Shown piece by piece: positions 48,159 through 58,293 of a stretch of 64,000 nt of DNA (its first letter is position 1; each line of letters starts with the position of its first letter). This DNA is from Patescibacteria group bacterium (GTDB taxonomy: Bacteria; Patescibacteriota; Minisyncoccia; RBG-13-40-8-A). Both the position numbers and the translations under genes were made by a program. The notes under the pieces were generated by a model that was not told the origin of the DNA, did not search any database, and was given only the letters and a program-made list of their open reading frames with translations. Where the stretch lies: contig JAZDGD010000009.1 of the NCBI GenBank assembly GCA_043807255.1, positions 29,476-93,475 on the forward strand, written 5' to 3'.

Positions 48159-49127
48159 TTAATTTAAATATTTCGCCTTGTTCGCATTGTGTTCTTCAAT
48201 TGTTTTTGAATAGATCATTGTGCCATCTGGAGCATTTAAAAAATACAAATAATCTGTTTGCTGGGGATTAAGTGCCGCCTCAATTGCTGATAATCCAGGG
48301 TTATTTATCGGTCCTGGCGGAAGTCCGGGATAAAGATAGGTATTGTATGGCGATTTTATGCGCGTATCTTCATATGTATATTGTGCCTTATCAACACCCA
48401 AAATATATCCTATTGTTGCGCATGATTGTAATGGAATGCCGGCGTTAATTCTTTTCCAAAAAATATTAGAAACAATTATTTTGTCCTGTTCGGTTTTAAC
48501 TTCTTTTTCAATAATGCTTGCCATAATTACTGTGTCGCGTAATTTCATACTAGAATCGAGCAATAAATTTTCTGAAATCCCTCCTATTTTTTGAAGAAAA
48601 TTATCACGCATTTTTTTTACAACCAAATCAACACTAGAGTTTGTATAGAAATAATAGGTATCAGGGAATAAATATCCTTCATTCTCTGTAGAAATTTTTG
48701 CGTCTTCGTTAATTACGTTATTATCTTTCAGGCGTGCTTCGATTTTTTTAATATCCCATCCTTCGGGAATCGTAATTTTTACATAATCTTCTTTAATTTC
48801 ACCATTAACAATTATCTTGGCAATCTGCGACATACTCATCTGTGAATTTAATAAATACTCCCCTGCCTGTATATGGTTAATGTGTCCCTTGGTCCATAAA
48901 TAAAACACAAACCCCCACTTACTATTTATGATTCCATTGTCTTTTAAAACCTGTGCAGTCTCATCAGAACCAAGTCCTTTTTCAATAACCACAATCTTGT
49001 CTTCTCCGCTACATTTTGGTTGTATCAATCCCAAACCAAGAATTAAAAAAAACAAAACAGCAAAAAATATTATTACTACTTTTCTATTTTTTGATAATTT
49101 AATTATTTTTTCGAATATTGGTTTCAT
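48159..49127 (-). CDS. mltG: Endolytic transglycosylase MltG
   Basis: EGYLFPDTY, ASIIEKE, SPYNTY..GLPPGPI.NPG. Confidence 0.95.
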   Translation of the reverse strand: MKPIFEKIIKLSKNRKVVIIFFAVLFFLILGLGLIQPKCSGEDKIVVIEKGLGSDETAQVLKDNGIINSKWGFVFYLWTKGHINHIQAGEYLLNSQMSMSQIAKIIVNGEIKEDYVKITIPEGWDIKKIEARLKDNNVINEDAKISTENEGYLFPDTYYFYTNSSVDLVVKKMRDNFLQKIGGISENLLLDSSMKLRDTVIMASIIEKEVKTEQDKIIVSNIFWKRINAGIPLQSCATIGYILGVDKAQYTYEDTRIKSPYNTYLYPGLPPGPINNPGLSAIEAALNPQQTDYLYFLNAPDGTMIYSKTIEEHNANKAKYLN

Positions 49128-49132
49128 GCTTT

Positions 49133-49203
49133 CAGGCCCGGGAGGAATTGAACCCCCGACTAAGATTTTGGAGATCTTCGTGATACCACTTCACCACGAG
49201 CCT
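49133..49203 (-). tRNA. tRNA-Trp(CCA)
   Basis: AAGAT-CTCCAAA-ATCTT anticodon arm; GGTTCAATT. Confidence 0.93.
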
Positions 49204-49209
49204 AATTTC

Positions 49210-49368
49210 CTATTTTTTTGTTTCCTTATGAATCGTGTTTTTTCTGCACCATTTGCAGAACTTGCTCAACTGCAATTTTTCCTCAACAGTTTTTTTATTT
49301 CTGCGAGTAAAATGGTTGACGCGCTTACACTTTTCACAAGCTAATTTTACCGTAAAATCTTTTTTCAT
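49210..49368 (-). CDS. rpmG: 50S ribosomal protein L33
   Basis: MKKDFTVKLACEKC...KFCKWCRKNTIHKE. Confidence 0.95.
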   Translation of the reverse strand: MKKDFTVKLACEKCKRVNHFTRRNKKTVEEKLQLSKFCKWCRKNTIHKETKK

Positions 49369-49394
49369 ATATTTGTTTTTATTTTTATTATTTT

Positions 49395-49470
49395 TGGAGC
49401 CAAGATCGGGAATCGAACCCGAGACCTTCCCCTTACCATGGGGATGCTCTGCCAGCTGAGCTATCTTGGC
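49395..49470 (-). tRNA. tRNA-Thr(GGT)
   Basis: TCCCC-ATGGTAA-GGGGA; encoded CCA. Confidence 0.95.
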
Positions 49471-49513
49471 ATTGTGGGCCTGCCCACCGAAGCTCCGCGG
49501 TGCGGAGCGAAGG

Positions 49514-49595
49514 TGGGAGCGGGTGGACTCGAACCACCGAAGCCGTGAGGCGACAGATTTACAGTCTGTTGCAATAGCCGCTATGCGACGCTCCC
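49514..49595 (-). tRNA. tRNA-Tyr(GTA)
   Basis: ACAGA-CTGTAAA-TCTGT; long variable arm. Confidence 0.94.
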
Positions 49596-49600
49596 TCAAA

Positions 49601-49672
49601 AGCCGACGGGGTGAATCGAACACCCGACAAATAGTTTACAAAACTATTGCTCTACCACTGAGCTACATCGGC
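49601..49672 (-). tRNA. tRNA-Thr(TGT)
   Basis: ATAGT-TTTGTAA-ACTAT. Confidence 0.94.
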
Positions 49673-49974
49673 GGATCTTGTTTCTTCTTTTTTAAATAAC
49701 TAGTTATTCTTGCAGAAGAATTGTGAAGTTTTAAAACAAACACTCTAAATTTTCTTAAAAATTTTTCCGTTTTAGGAATAATGGCATTGTGTAAAACTTC
49801 GCTTTGATTTGCACTCTCTTTTATTTTTTTAATTCTACTAACAATCTTGTGCTTTAACGATGTTTCTTCAAATGGACGTCGCGGATAATTTAAAAGAACA
49901 GGGATCTTTTTGAAAACCACAACAAGAAACCCTGCGATGCCCACTCCTAAAATAATTTGAAAAACTAATACCAT
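49663..49974 (-). CDS. Hypothetical protein with N-terminal TM
   Basis: 103 aa, KKIPVL after TM; stop overlaps tRNA-Thr 5' end. Confidence 0.7.
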   Translation of the reverse strand: MVLVFQIILGVGIAGFLVVVFKKIPVLLNYPRRPFEETSLKHKIVSRIKKIKESANQSEVLHNAIIPKTEKFLRKFRVFVLKLHNSSARITSYLKKKKQDPPM

Positions 49975-49980
49975 CGTTAA

Positions 49981-50430
49981 TTAAAGCTCATATCTAATGA
50001 ACTTTTCTATTTTAATATTCTCTCCCAGCTTACCAATTTTAGCTTCAATTAAATCCTTAACGGTGATTGAAGGATTTTTTATAAATGGTTCGGCTAATAA
50101 TGTTTCTGGGTCTTTTGAATTCATGCCAGCAATATGCATTGCAATTTCATGTGCTAGTTCTTTAAATTCCTCGTTCTTGGCAACAAAATCGGTTTCGCAT
50201 TTTAATTCTAATAAAACACCAATTTTTGCATTGGCATGAATATATGCTTCAATTACACCCTGATTTGCGGTTCTGTCTGATTTTTTCATTGCCGTTAATT
50301 TGTCTTTTTCTTTTAAAATTTCGGTTGCCTTTGTTTCGTCGCCATTCGCCTCTTCCAGCGCCTTTTTACAATCCATCATTGAAGCTCCTGTTTTTTCTCT
50401 TAATTGTTTGACTAGGTCTGCGTTTATCAT
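49981..50430 (-). CDS. tsf: Elongation factor Ts (short form)
   Basis: LREKTGASMMDCKKAL, CETDFVA. Confidence 0.96.
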   Translation of the reverse strand: MINADLVKQLREKTGASMMDCKKALEEANGDETKATEILKEKDKLTAMKKSDRTANQGVIEAYIHANAKIGVLLELKCETDFVAKNEEFKELAHEIAMHIAGMNSKDPETLLAEPFIKNPSITVKDLIEAKIGKLGENIKIEKFIRYEL

Positions 50431-50449
50431 ATATTGTTTACTTGCCCCA

Positions 50450-51151
50450 TTATGCGGGGATTATTACTTTTTCAACTTGATTAAGCATGAATTGAAGCGC
50501 ACTTACTGCTTCATCATTAGCGGGAATAATATAGTCCACTAACGCTGGATTACTGTCCGTATCAACCAAAGAAATTACTGGAATTTTCTTTATCTTGGCC
50601 TCCCTAATTGCGGTCAAATGATCCTTAACCCCCAAAACAAATATTGCGTCTGGCAATTTATCTAATGATTTTAATCCGCCAAAATTTTTATTCAATTTAT
50701 CGATTTCCTTATCGAATGCTTTTTGTTCTTTTTTGGTATATTTCTTTAGCTCCCCTTCTTCTCTTTTCTTTTCCAGGCCGATAAAGTGATCGATTCTTTT
50801 TCTGATTGTTCTGAAGTTTGTTAAAAGTCCACCAATCCAACGCAAAGAAACATATGGCATTTTACATCTTTCCGCTGTTTCTTTTAAAATTAACTGAGAT
50901 TGTGGTCTAACCCCAACAAAAAGAATTTTTCCACTATTTTTAATTATTTCTTCAATAAAATCCAATGCTTTTTCTAATCCTTTCATCGTTTCCTCTAAAT
51001 TGATAATCTGAATGTTGTTTTTTATGCCATGGATATATGGATCCATTTTTGGATGATGATTGCCTTTTTTGTGTCCAAAATGAACACCAGCACTAAACAT
51101 TTCTTTAGCTAATTCCTCTGAAACTATTGTTTTTTTATTTTCATTTGTCAT
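50450..51151 (-). CDS. rpsB: 30S ribosomal protein S2
   Basis: AGVHFGH, RWIGGLLTN, IPANDEA; start uncertain. Confidence 0.96.
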   Translation of the reverse strand: MTNENKKTIVSEELAKEMFSAGVHFGHKKGNHHPKMDPYIHGIKNNIQIINLEETMKGLEKALDFIEEIIKNSGKILFVGVRPQSQLILKETAERCKMPYVSLRWIGGLLTNFRTIRKRIDHFIGLEKKREEGELKKYTKKEQKAFDKEIDKLNKNFGGLKSLDKLPDAIFVLGVKDHLTAIREAKIKKIPVISLVDTDSNPALVDYIIPANDEAVSALQFMLNQVEKVIIPA

Positions 51152-51324
51152 ATCAATTATACTATCATAAGAATTTCGATATTGCAAGTCAACCCCACCA
51201 AGGCGGGGTTGACTCTTATATATTTATATTATATCATATACTATATGAAAAAAGATATTCATCTCCCGACCGCTGTCGGGATCCCGACCGAAGTCGGGAC
51301 AGGCCCAATAAGTAAAAATAGTTT

Positions 51325-51537
51325 ATGAAAAAAAATATACATCCAGAATATTACGAACAAGCAACAGTCCATTGTGGTTGTGGCAAAATATTTAAAATGG
51401 GTGCAACCAAGCCGGAAATACACGTTGAGGTGTGTAGCGCTTGCCATCCTTTTTATACTGGTCAAGACAAAATCTTGGACTCTGCTGGACGTGTTGATAA
51501 ATTCAAAAAACGATTAGCCAAAAAAACAATTAAATAA
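51325..51537 (+). CDS. rpmE: 50S ribosomal protein L31
   Basis: [25 protein letters not shown]. Confidence 0.97.
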   Translation: MKKNIHPEYYEQATVHCGCGKIFKMGATKPEIHVEVCSACHPFYTGQDKILDSAGRVDKFKKRLAKKTIK

Positions 51538-51551
51538 CAGTTACGCAACCT

Positions 51552-52286
51552 ATGAGCGCTAATCCCAACAGTATAATTATAGAAATTAGAGCTGGTGCTG
51601 GTGGCGACGAAGCTGCCATTTTTGCTGCTGATTTGTATCGAATGTATTCTCGTTTTGCCGAAAAACAGGGATGGAAATTAAGAGTTTTAGATTCTAGTGA
51701 ATCTGGATCGAAAGGGATCAAAGAAATTAGTTTTCAAATTTCCGGAGCTGATGTTTATAATCTATTGAAACAAGAAGGTGGGGTTCATCGCGTACAAAGA
51801 ATCCCTGAAACAGAAAAAAACGGTAGAATTCATACTTCAACCGCATCAGTGGCAGTACTTCCCTACGTTGAACCAAAAGAATTTGAAATTAAAGCAAGTG
51901 ATTTAAAAATTGACACTTTTAAGTCGTCTGGTCCAGGCGGGCAATACGTGAATAAAACCGAATCCGCAATTAGAATCACGCATATGCCATCTGGGTTTGT
52001 TGTTGCCTCTCAGCGCGAACGAAGCCAGGCGGCGAACAAAGAAACGGCCATGAACTTATTACGTTCACGGCTTTTCGCATTTTTAGAAAACAAAGAAATA
52101 CAAAAATTGGGACAAGAAAGAAATGCACAAATTGGCACCGCTGATAGGTCGGAAAAAATCCGCACCTACAACTTTCCCCAAGATCGCATCACCGACCATC
52201 GCATCAAAAAAGAATGGCACAATATTGAAGACATCATTAATGGCAACTTCTACCCGATTATCAAAAAATTCCAAAGACCCGAATAA
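51552..52286 (+). CDS. RF1-like peptide chain release factor lacking the N-terminal domain
   Basis: [41 protein letters not shown]; only 244 aa. Confidence 0.9.
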   Translation: MSANPNSIIIEIRAGAGGDEAAIFAADLYRMYSRFAEKQGWKLRVLDSSESGSKGIKEISFQISGADVYNLLKQEGGVHRVQRIPETEKNGRIHTSTASVAVLPYVEPKEFEIKASDLKIDTFKSSGPGGQYVNKTESAIRITHMPSGFVVASQRERSQAANKETAMNLLRSRLFAFLENKEIQKLGQERNAQIGTADRSEKIRTYNFPQDRITDHRIKKEWHNIEDIINGNFYPIIKKFQRPE

Positions 52287-52304
52287 ACCCTCACCCAAAG
52301 TGAG

Positions 52305-52432
52305 GATTTATTTTATACTGAGACAACTTCGGAAGCCAAAAGCACGGTTTTTTCTGAAAGAAAAATTTTGGCTGAGAATTAATGCAGCCACCCGCTGGGG
52401 TGGCTGACATGTGTCGACATATAAAATGAATC
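52305..52432 (+). ncRNA. Putative structured RNA/ssDNA element, copy 2
   Basis: Homologous to 5161-5302 with covarying stems. Confidence 0.55.
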
Positions 52433-52440
52433 TGAGCGTC

Positions 52441-53763
52441 CTACCCTTTTTCCATAATATCAATTTGTTCTTGAAAATTTTCTGCTCTTTCCATCACTTG
52501 ATCACCATAAAAACGCAAAGACGATTTTTGCCAATTTGCACCGGCCAAATACATCATTGTTGCTTTCCATTCTGCTTTTTCTGTTTTTTGATCAGCCCCC
52601 TTATTCACCAAATATAGTGCCGAAGCAATAAATGCATCTTTAACATTCCACGGTGATGGCGGATTATTTCCTGTTATTTCTGCAATTTTTGCCTTATACC
52701 CCAACCAAGTGGCTGGCATCATTTGCGCTGGGCCCATTGCCCCACCCCAACCATACCAAACCTTTTTTGATACTGGATATTTATCTGGGTCAATTCCCAA
52801 TTCTTCACAAATCTGTAAATAATAAGTTCTTTGGCTTAGTTTCATATCAACTCGCCACGTTCCTTTGCCAATATTTTTTCCCAATTCTGATTCTCTGCTT
52901 AAAATTGCCAAAAGAAACGCTGGCCTTATTCCAGTATGAATTCCTGCAAATTTTGCATATTTATATGCATCTTCAAACCTTAACGAACCATCAGTTGATA
53001 TGTCTTGCAAAAAATAAAGTTTGTTTTTTATCGTTTCTATGTCGGCCTGAGTTTTTTTCATTAACTGATTAAACAGATTTTCTTGGCCATTGGTTTGGGC
53101 CAATAAATTATTCCTTTGTTTTTTCTTTAGTTCCAACCCAGCCCTCTGTTCGGCTTGTATATATTTTAATGATGCCTGTTCTTCTTTCTCGTTCACTAAA
53201 TCTGTTTTTTCTTTTTCTAAGGTTGATTTTGCATTAGAAATTTTCTTAAGCTGTTCTTGAACCTGTTGATGAAAATTTTCTAAAGATCTTATTTCCGAAA
53301 GAAAATCCGATAAACTCCCTTCAGTCAAAACCACTTCTACAAGCGAAGTGTCGTCATATTTTCTCACTTCTCTCAATAATTCGGCAATAGTTGTTTTTTC
53401 TAAATCAACTTCGCGCTCTATTTCGCGAATTGATTTTTCTTTTTGATTTATTTGCTTGTCGAGTTTCTTAATCAACAAATCAGTTCTTTGAATTTCTAAT
53501 TCTGCAGAATTAATTTGTGCATCTAAAATCACGATTTCTGTTTTTAATGATTTTGCCTGTTGTTGATTTTCGGTTATTGCTTGCTGATACTGGCCAATTT
53601 TTGATTCCAATTCTTTTAGTCGTGCCTCTGCTTCTTGCTCTTGGACATCAATATCGAGAGATGTCTCGGCAAAAACAAAACCCGCTCTAAGCGGAAAAAC
53701 GCAAAAAATGGCAATAATTGCCATTAAAATAAAACTTTTATTAAGTTTAACAAACTTAATCAT
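52441..53763 (-). CDS. Coiled-coil lytic murein transglycosylase-like protein
   Basis: Signal peptide, long coiled coil, ILSRES, GAMGPAQMMPATW, SALYL. Confidence 0.85.
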   Translation of the reverse strand: MIKFVKLNKSFILMAIIAIFCVFPLRAGFVFAETSLDIDVQEQEAEARLKELESKIGQYQQAITENQQQAKSLKTEIVILDAQINSAELEIQRTDLLIKKLDKQINQKEKSIREIEREVDLEKTTIAELLREVRKYDDTSLVEVVLTEGSLSDFLSEIRSLENFHQQVQEQLKKISNAKSTLEKEKTDLVNEKEEQASLKYIQAEQRAGLELKKKQRNNLLAQTNGQENLFNQLMKKTQADIETIKNKLYFLQDISTDGSLRFEDAYKYAKFAGIHTGIRPAFLLAILSRESELGKNIGKGTWRVDMKLSQRTYYLQICEELGIDPDKYPVSKKVWYGWGGAMGPAQMMPATWLGYKAKIAEITGNNPPSPWNVKDAFIASALYLVNKGADQKTEKAEWKATMMYLAGANWQKSSLRFYGDQVMERAENFQEQIDIMEKG

Positions 53764-54428
53764 TCTTTGGGTTGTGGTTCTGTTTTTCCCTCCCCTTCAT
53801 CAACCTTCTTTTCCTCTTTAACTAGTTCTGGTTCGACAGTTTCTTTAACTTCGTCAGTAGATTTAATTTCTTCTTCAGTTCTTGGAGGTATCACAGAAAC
53901 AATTACCTCTTCTAAGTCAAGATCTATTTTTACGCCTGTTGGTAAAACTAAATCTTTAATTCTAATATTTTTATCAAAAGAATCTAAAATAGAAATATCG
54001 ATTCTGATTTCGTGTGGTAGATCTTTTGGCAATGCCTCTACTTCGATATGGTTCATGTTCTTAATCAAAACACCTTCCAAATTTTTAACTGCCGGCGCTT
54101 CGCCCTCAAAAATTAATGGTACTTCTGCTTTAATCACTTGATCCATTCTTACCTGGTAAAAATCAACATGGATAAATCGATCACTCATTGGATCTTTTGC
54201 AATTTCATTAATTAAAACATTTTTTGATTCACTGCCAATTTTTAATTTAACAAGCGTGTTTTCTCCTGATTGCTCAAAGATTTTTCTAAATTCTTCATAA
54301 TCAACCTGAACCGAAACTGACTTATGGCCCGAACCATAAATTACAGCAGGAATAATCCCTTTTTCTCGAAGGGCTTCCAACTTTTTTCCCACATCTTCTC
54401 TTTTTTCAGCTTTTAATTCTAAATCCAT
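53760..54428 (-). CDS. rplY: 50S ribosomal protein L25
   Basis: IPAVIYG, HVDFY, ALPKDLP. Confidence 0.95.
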   Translation of the reverse strand: MDLELKAEKREDVGKKLEALREKGIIPAVIYGSGHKSVSVQVDYEEFRKIFEQSGENTLVKLKIGSESKNVLINEIAKDPMSDRFIHVDFYQVRMDQVIKAEVPLIFEGEAPAVKNLEGVLIKNMNHIEVEALPKDLPHEIRIDISILDSFDKNIRIKDLVLPTGVKIDLDLEEVIVSVIPPRTEEEIKSTDEVKETVEPELVKEEKKVDEGEGKTEPQPKE

Positions 54429-54462
54429 TGCGTTTTTATATTATCAGAACTTAATTTAAAAA

Positions 54463-55329
54463 TCAAGCTTTGTTTTGGCCACCGAATAATACAACTTTAT
54501 CTGCGACTACCTTTTTTACTGCTTCCATCGCTGGAAACAAAATTTTGTACGGTTTTACTTCGTCTAAATTTTCTTCTAAAAATTTCTTTAAGGCGTTTTT
54601 ATAAGCAATCCTAATTTCTGTATTAATGTTAATTTTAACTATCCCTTTTTTAATTGCTTGTTGCAAATCATCTCTTGGTGTTCCCGATCCACCATGCAAA
54701 ACCAACATCGTGCTGGGCACGGCTCGTCTAATTTCTTCTAAACGATCAATATATAAATGTGGATCGTCATCACCGCCTTCTTTCATGCCATGAATGTTTC
54801 CAATTGCAATCGCCAACAAATCAACTCCTGTTTTTTTAATAAACTCCTTTGCTTCCTCTGGCTGGGTTAAATCAGAAAGTTTTATTTTCACATCTTGATG
54901 AATATCTGAACCGCCTGGCAAACAACCAATTTCTGCCTCCACCACAATATCTGGATTCACGCTTTTTGCATATTCAATAACTCGTTTCGTAATTGCTACA
55001 TTTTCATCAAACGGCAATTTAGATCCATCAAAGTGAACACTGTCGTAGCCAGCATCAACGACTTCTTTAATGCTTTCGAATGTTTTGCAATGATCAGCGT
55101 TCAAAATAATTGGTAAACCAGTTTGTTTTTGCCACGATTTAACCAAAGCAACAATCTGATCAACGCCAATAAATTCTCTCTCTCCCTCCGATGTCCCAAT
55201 AATCACTGGCGCATTTAATTCTTTGGCAACCTCAACAATCGCCGTTATTTGTTCGTCTGTAGAAACATTAAACTGACCAATCGCATAACCGTGCATTTGC
55301 GCTTTTTCAAAAATTTCTATTGTTTTCAT
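54463..55329 (-). CDS. fba: Class II fructose-bisphosphate aldolase
   Basis: NADH, FDGS, VEAEIG, IGNIHG, VLHGGSG, KININT. Confidence 0.92.
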   Translation of the reverse strand: MKTIEIFEKAQMHGYAIGQFNVSTDEQITAIVEVAKELNAPVIIGTSEGEREFIGVDQIVALVKSWQKQTGLPIILNADHCKTFESIKEVVDAGYDSVHFDGSKLPFDENVAITKRVIEYAKSVNPDIVVEAEIGCLPGGSDIHQDVKIKLSDLTQPEEAKEFIKKTGVDLLAIAIGNIHGMKEGGDDDPHLYIDRLEEIRRAVPSTMLVLHGGSGTPRDDLQQAIKKGIVKININTEIRIAYKNALKKFLEENLDEVKPYKILFPAMEAVKKVVADKVVLFGGQNKA

Positions 55330-56564
55330 AGTTCTATAAAACCTTTGTCAAAATTATCAACCATTAATTTTTCTAAATTTTCTGGGCCCATGTATTCGGA
55401 AAAAATTTCGTTCCACAATGCTTCCTGGTGATGATAAAGATATTTTAAACTTTGTTCTTTATTTACCAATCCCATCCAATTATCAATTAAATCAAAGCTA
55501 ACTAATTCCTCTTTGCCCTGATTATTTTTAAAGAATCCGCCAACCCAATCTAAATCATACCATAATTCTAAATCAATATTTTCAAATCTCTTTCCTAAAT
55601 CACTGATATCTTTTTCCGTTTTTTTCCAATGCAATGCTTCGGGATTAACGTGCGGAACAAACAAATACGGATCTTCTGGATTGTCCTTGGCCAAATATCT
55701 TTGAATAATCGGCCAGATCATTTTTTCTTGATTTTTTGGTTGTTCTAAAATTTCACCCTTCAACAGGGAAATAACCTTTTTACCAAAATTTTCCGACAAA
55801 CTAGCTTTTCTAAATAATCTTGAATAAAATTCTGTTTCGTGTAAATAATGCAAAACCATTGAAAACACCCTCAATGTTTCTCCGGGAGTATTAATTTTTA
55901 AAGGAATCACGAACACGACCCCCAACTCCTTAAGATGGCTAACATTATGATATTTCTTTTTTACAAATCCCTCTGCTATTTTTAACCATTTTTCTGACAG
56001 AACAATCAATTTTGTTTTTCTTTCTTCAAAGTCATCAGGAATTAGTTTTTGATATGTTTCATCAAATGCTTTATGCATCCACTCATTGTTTTCCACAAAG
56101 CGAAATGCAGCAAAAATTTCATACAAGTTTTCTTTTTCCAAAAGCTCATCCACATCCTTATACCCCAATACCTTCATTATGTTTGGTGGTGGGTTTTTTC
56201 TTAAAATATCTTTAGCAATTTCTTCTTTTAAAACAAACAACGGTTCGGTATTTGCTAATTCTAGGGCAAAATTAAATAAAGTTTTGTATCCCTCAACGCT
56301 GGCTCCGTCAGGATTTCTGAATAATTCACATACAGCGCGATCGTCTTTCTGTAATTTTGTGATTAAAGACAGGGCAACATTTTCTGCTGAATAATCGTGA
56401 CAATTCAAGGCAGACATTGTTTTACTGATTCGAAATTCGTTTTCTTTAACCACCTTATCGAGTACTCCCGTTTTTCCGGTAACTTTATTCATCTTTTCTT
56501 CCATTTCTTTGACAATTTCTGGTTTAGCCCTAAATATTCTTGCTATATATTCATATGATTTCAT
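55326..56564 (-). CDS. Hypothetical protein
   Basis: 412 aa, overlaps both neighbours; HNVSHLKELG, HYLHE, PHVNPEALHW. Confidence 0.8.
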   Translation of the reverse strand: MKSYEYIARIFRAKPEIVKEMEEKMNKVTGKTGVLDKVVKENEFRISKTMSALNCHDYSAENVALSLITKLQKDDRAVCELFRNPDGASVEGYKTLFNFALELANTEPLFVLKEEIAKDILRKNPPPNIMKVLGYKDVDELLEKENLYEIFAAFRFVENNEWMHKAFDETYQKLIPDDFEERKTKLIVLSEKWLKIAEGFVKKKYHNVSHLKELGVVFVIPLKINTPGETLRVFSMVLHYLHETEFYSRLFRKASLSENFGKKVISLLKGEILEQPKNQEKMIWPIIQRYLAKDNPEDPYLFVPHVNPEALHWKKTEKDISDLGKRFENIDLELWYDLDWVGGFFKNNQGKEELVSFDLIDNWMGLVNKEQSLKYLYHHQEALWNEIFSEYMGPENLEKLMVDNFDKGFIEL

Positions 56565-57553
56565 AATTTTATTTTACTTGTTTCTAATTTCTCCCAACGC
56601 GATTCGGTTTCGAATCGTTTTTTTGTTAATAAACCATTTTTTGCTCCCATCGCCTCTACAACCGCGGTACCATTGGCAGTTCCCAGTCTTATGGCTTCTT
56701 CAATTGTGTCGTAACGCATTATCCCGGAAACAAAACCCGAACCAAATGCATCTCCAGCACCAGTTCGATCAATGAATTTTTCTTCTTTAAACGTTCCCGC
56801 CCTATAGATATATTCTCCATCAGAAACAACAACTCCTTCTGGCCCCTTAGTCATAATAACGATTCCCCTGACATATTCGTCTAATTTTTTAAAAATCTCA
56901 TTCTCTTGTTCAAATGGAAGTTCGGCTAATTTTGCGCCCTCTTCTTGATTTAAATTTAAAATATCAACGGCATTCAAAACATCTTTCAATCCCTCTAGCC
57001 CCAAAGACAATTGATCCTTCCCTGGATTTAATGCAACTTTAATATTATTTTTCTTGGCAAAATTTATTATTGGCAAAAGTGTTTTTGCTGATTCTCCCGG
57101 CAAGGGTGCAATATAAAACCATTTTGCTTTTAGTTTATTAAGGGGTATATCATTTTCATTTAAATAATAACAAGCTCCGGGATAATTTAAAATTGTTCGT
57201 TCTTTGTCAGAAACTGACAGAATAATTGAATGCCCGGTTATTTGCTTTTTGTCCTCAATAATAAAATCTTTAACTTTTAATTCTTTAAGTTCCCTCTTAA
57301 TTGATTCTCCACTAATATCGTTCCCAACTTTTCCTACGCAACCAACCTTAAATCCCTGATAAGCAAAAGTGGTCGAAACATTTGTTCCACCGCCACCAGA
57401 AGCAAAAAATATCTCATCAATTTGATTTTTTGAACCCAAATCAAAACATATCCCCTGCCCGGTTGCAAAATCATCGCTTTTTATTACTCTAAAATTCTTA
57501 CTTCTTAAAAAGAAATCTCTAGTTGCCGAGCCGAATGTAATAATATCGAACAT
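56561..57553 (-). CDS. PfkB family carbohydrate kinase
   Basis: GGGGTN, NQEE, DRTGAGDAFGSGF. Confidence 0.93.
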   Translation of the reverse strand: MFDIITFGSATRDFFLRSKNFRVIKSDDFATGQGICFDLGSKNQIDEIFFASGGGGTNVSTTFAYQGFKVGCVGKVGNDISGESIKRELKELKVKDFIIEDKKQITGHSIILSVSDKERTILNYPGACYYLNENDIPLNKLKAKWFYIAPLPGESAKTLLPIINFAKKNNIKVALNPGKDQLSLGLEGLKDVLNAVDILNLNQEEGAKLAELPFEQENEIFKKLDEYVRGIVIMTKGPEGVVVSDGEYIYRAGTFKEEKFIDRTGAGDAFGSGFVSGIMRYDTIEEAIRLGTANGTAVVEAMGAKNGLLTKKRFETESRWEKLETSKIKL

Positions 57554-57560
57554 ACTTTGT

Positions 57561-58292
57561 TTATTTAATTAATTTGTTTAATTTTTCAATTGCTTTTTTA
57601 ACCCTATCACCTTCGTCCAAAGGTGAGGGGTTAATATCTTTGCTGCGATAAATATAGGTTCCCACGCCAAATAAATTTGTGCCTGCTTTGGCAATTTTTT
57701 TGATATTTTCATCATTCACTCCACCATCAACCTCGATATCTCCTTTCGGCCATCTTTTTCTTAGCGCTTCAATCTTTTCTAAAACCCAATATTTAAATTC
57801 TTGCCCACCCCACCCCGGCTGAACAGTCATAAATAAAACCAAATCCAAGTCCTTAATAAATGGCAAAACCGCTGCAAAATGAGTTTCCGGATTTAAGACC
57901 AAACCAAACTCCTTCCCCTGTGCATGCGCTTTTTCAATCATTGCCCGAATTCCCAATTCACGATTTGTGATTTTTGATTCAAAATGTACAAAAATTCTAT
58001 CTGCAACTTTCAACCAATCATCAAATTCATCTTCTGGCCTTTCTACCATTAAATGAATTTCGATTTTTAATTTTGTGTTTATTTTTTTTAATTTTTCAAT
58101 CTCTTTCGTATATGCTTTCCCTCTTTTCGCTTTCCCTGGCACAGCCGAATGTGGCCAAGTTTCATTATATACAAAAACACCGTCCATAACATCAATTTGG
58201 ACCCATTCCACATAGTCTTCAACCAGCTTAATCTTCTCTTCAACTTCTTCAAATGTCTTAACTAAAATTGTAGGTATTATTTGTTTTTGCAT
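57561..58292 (-). CDS. rpe: Ribulose-phosphate 3-epimerase
   Basis: IDVMDG.FV, HLMV, MTVQPGWGGQ, EVDGGV. Confidence 0.92.
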   Translation of the reverse strand: MQKQIIPTILVKTFEEVEEKIKLVEDYVEWVQIDVMDGVFVYNETWPHSAVPGKAKRGKAYTKEIEKLKKINTKLKIEIHLMVERPEDEFDDWLKVADRIFVHFESKITNRELGIRAMIEKAHAQGKEFGLVLNPETHFAAVLPFIKDLDLVLFMTVQPGWGGQEFKYWVLEKIEALRKRWPKGDIEVDGGVNDENIKKIAKAGTNLFGVGTYIYRSKDINPSPLDEGDRVKKAIEKLNKLIK

Positions 58293-58293
58293 T

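Noticed and set aside
49369-49699. ORFs 49210-49623 (long form) and 49466-49699
   Set aside because: They overlap three tRNA genes; only rpmG (49210-49368) is real.
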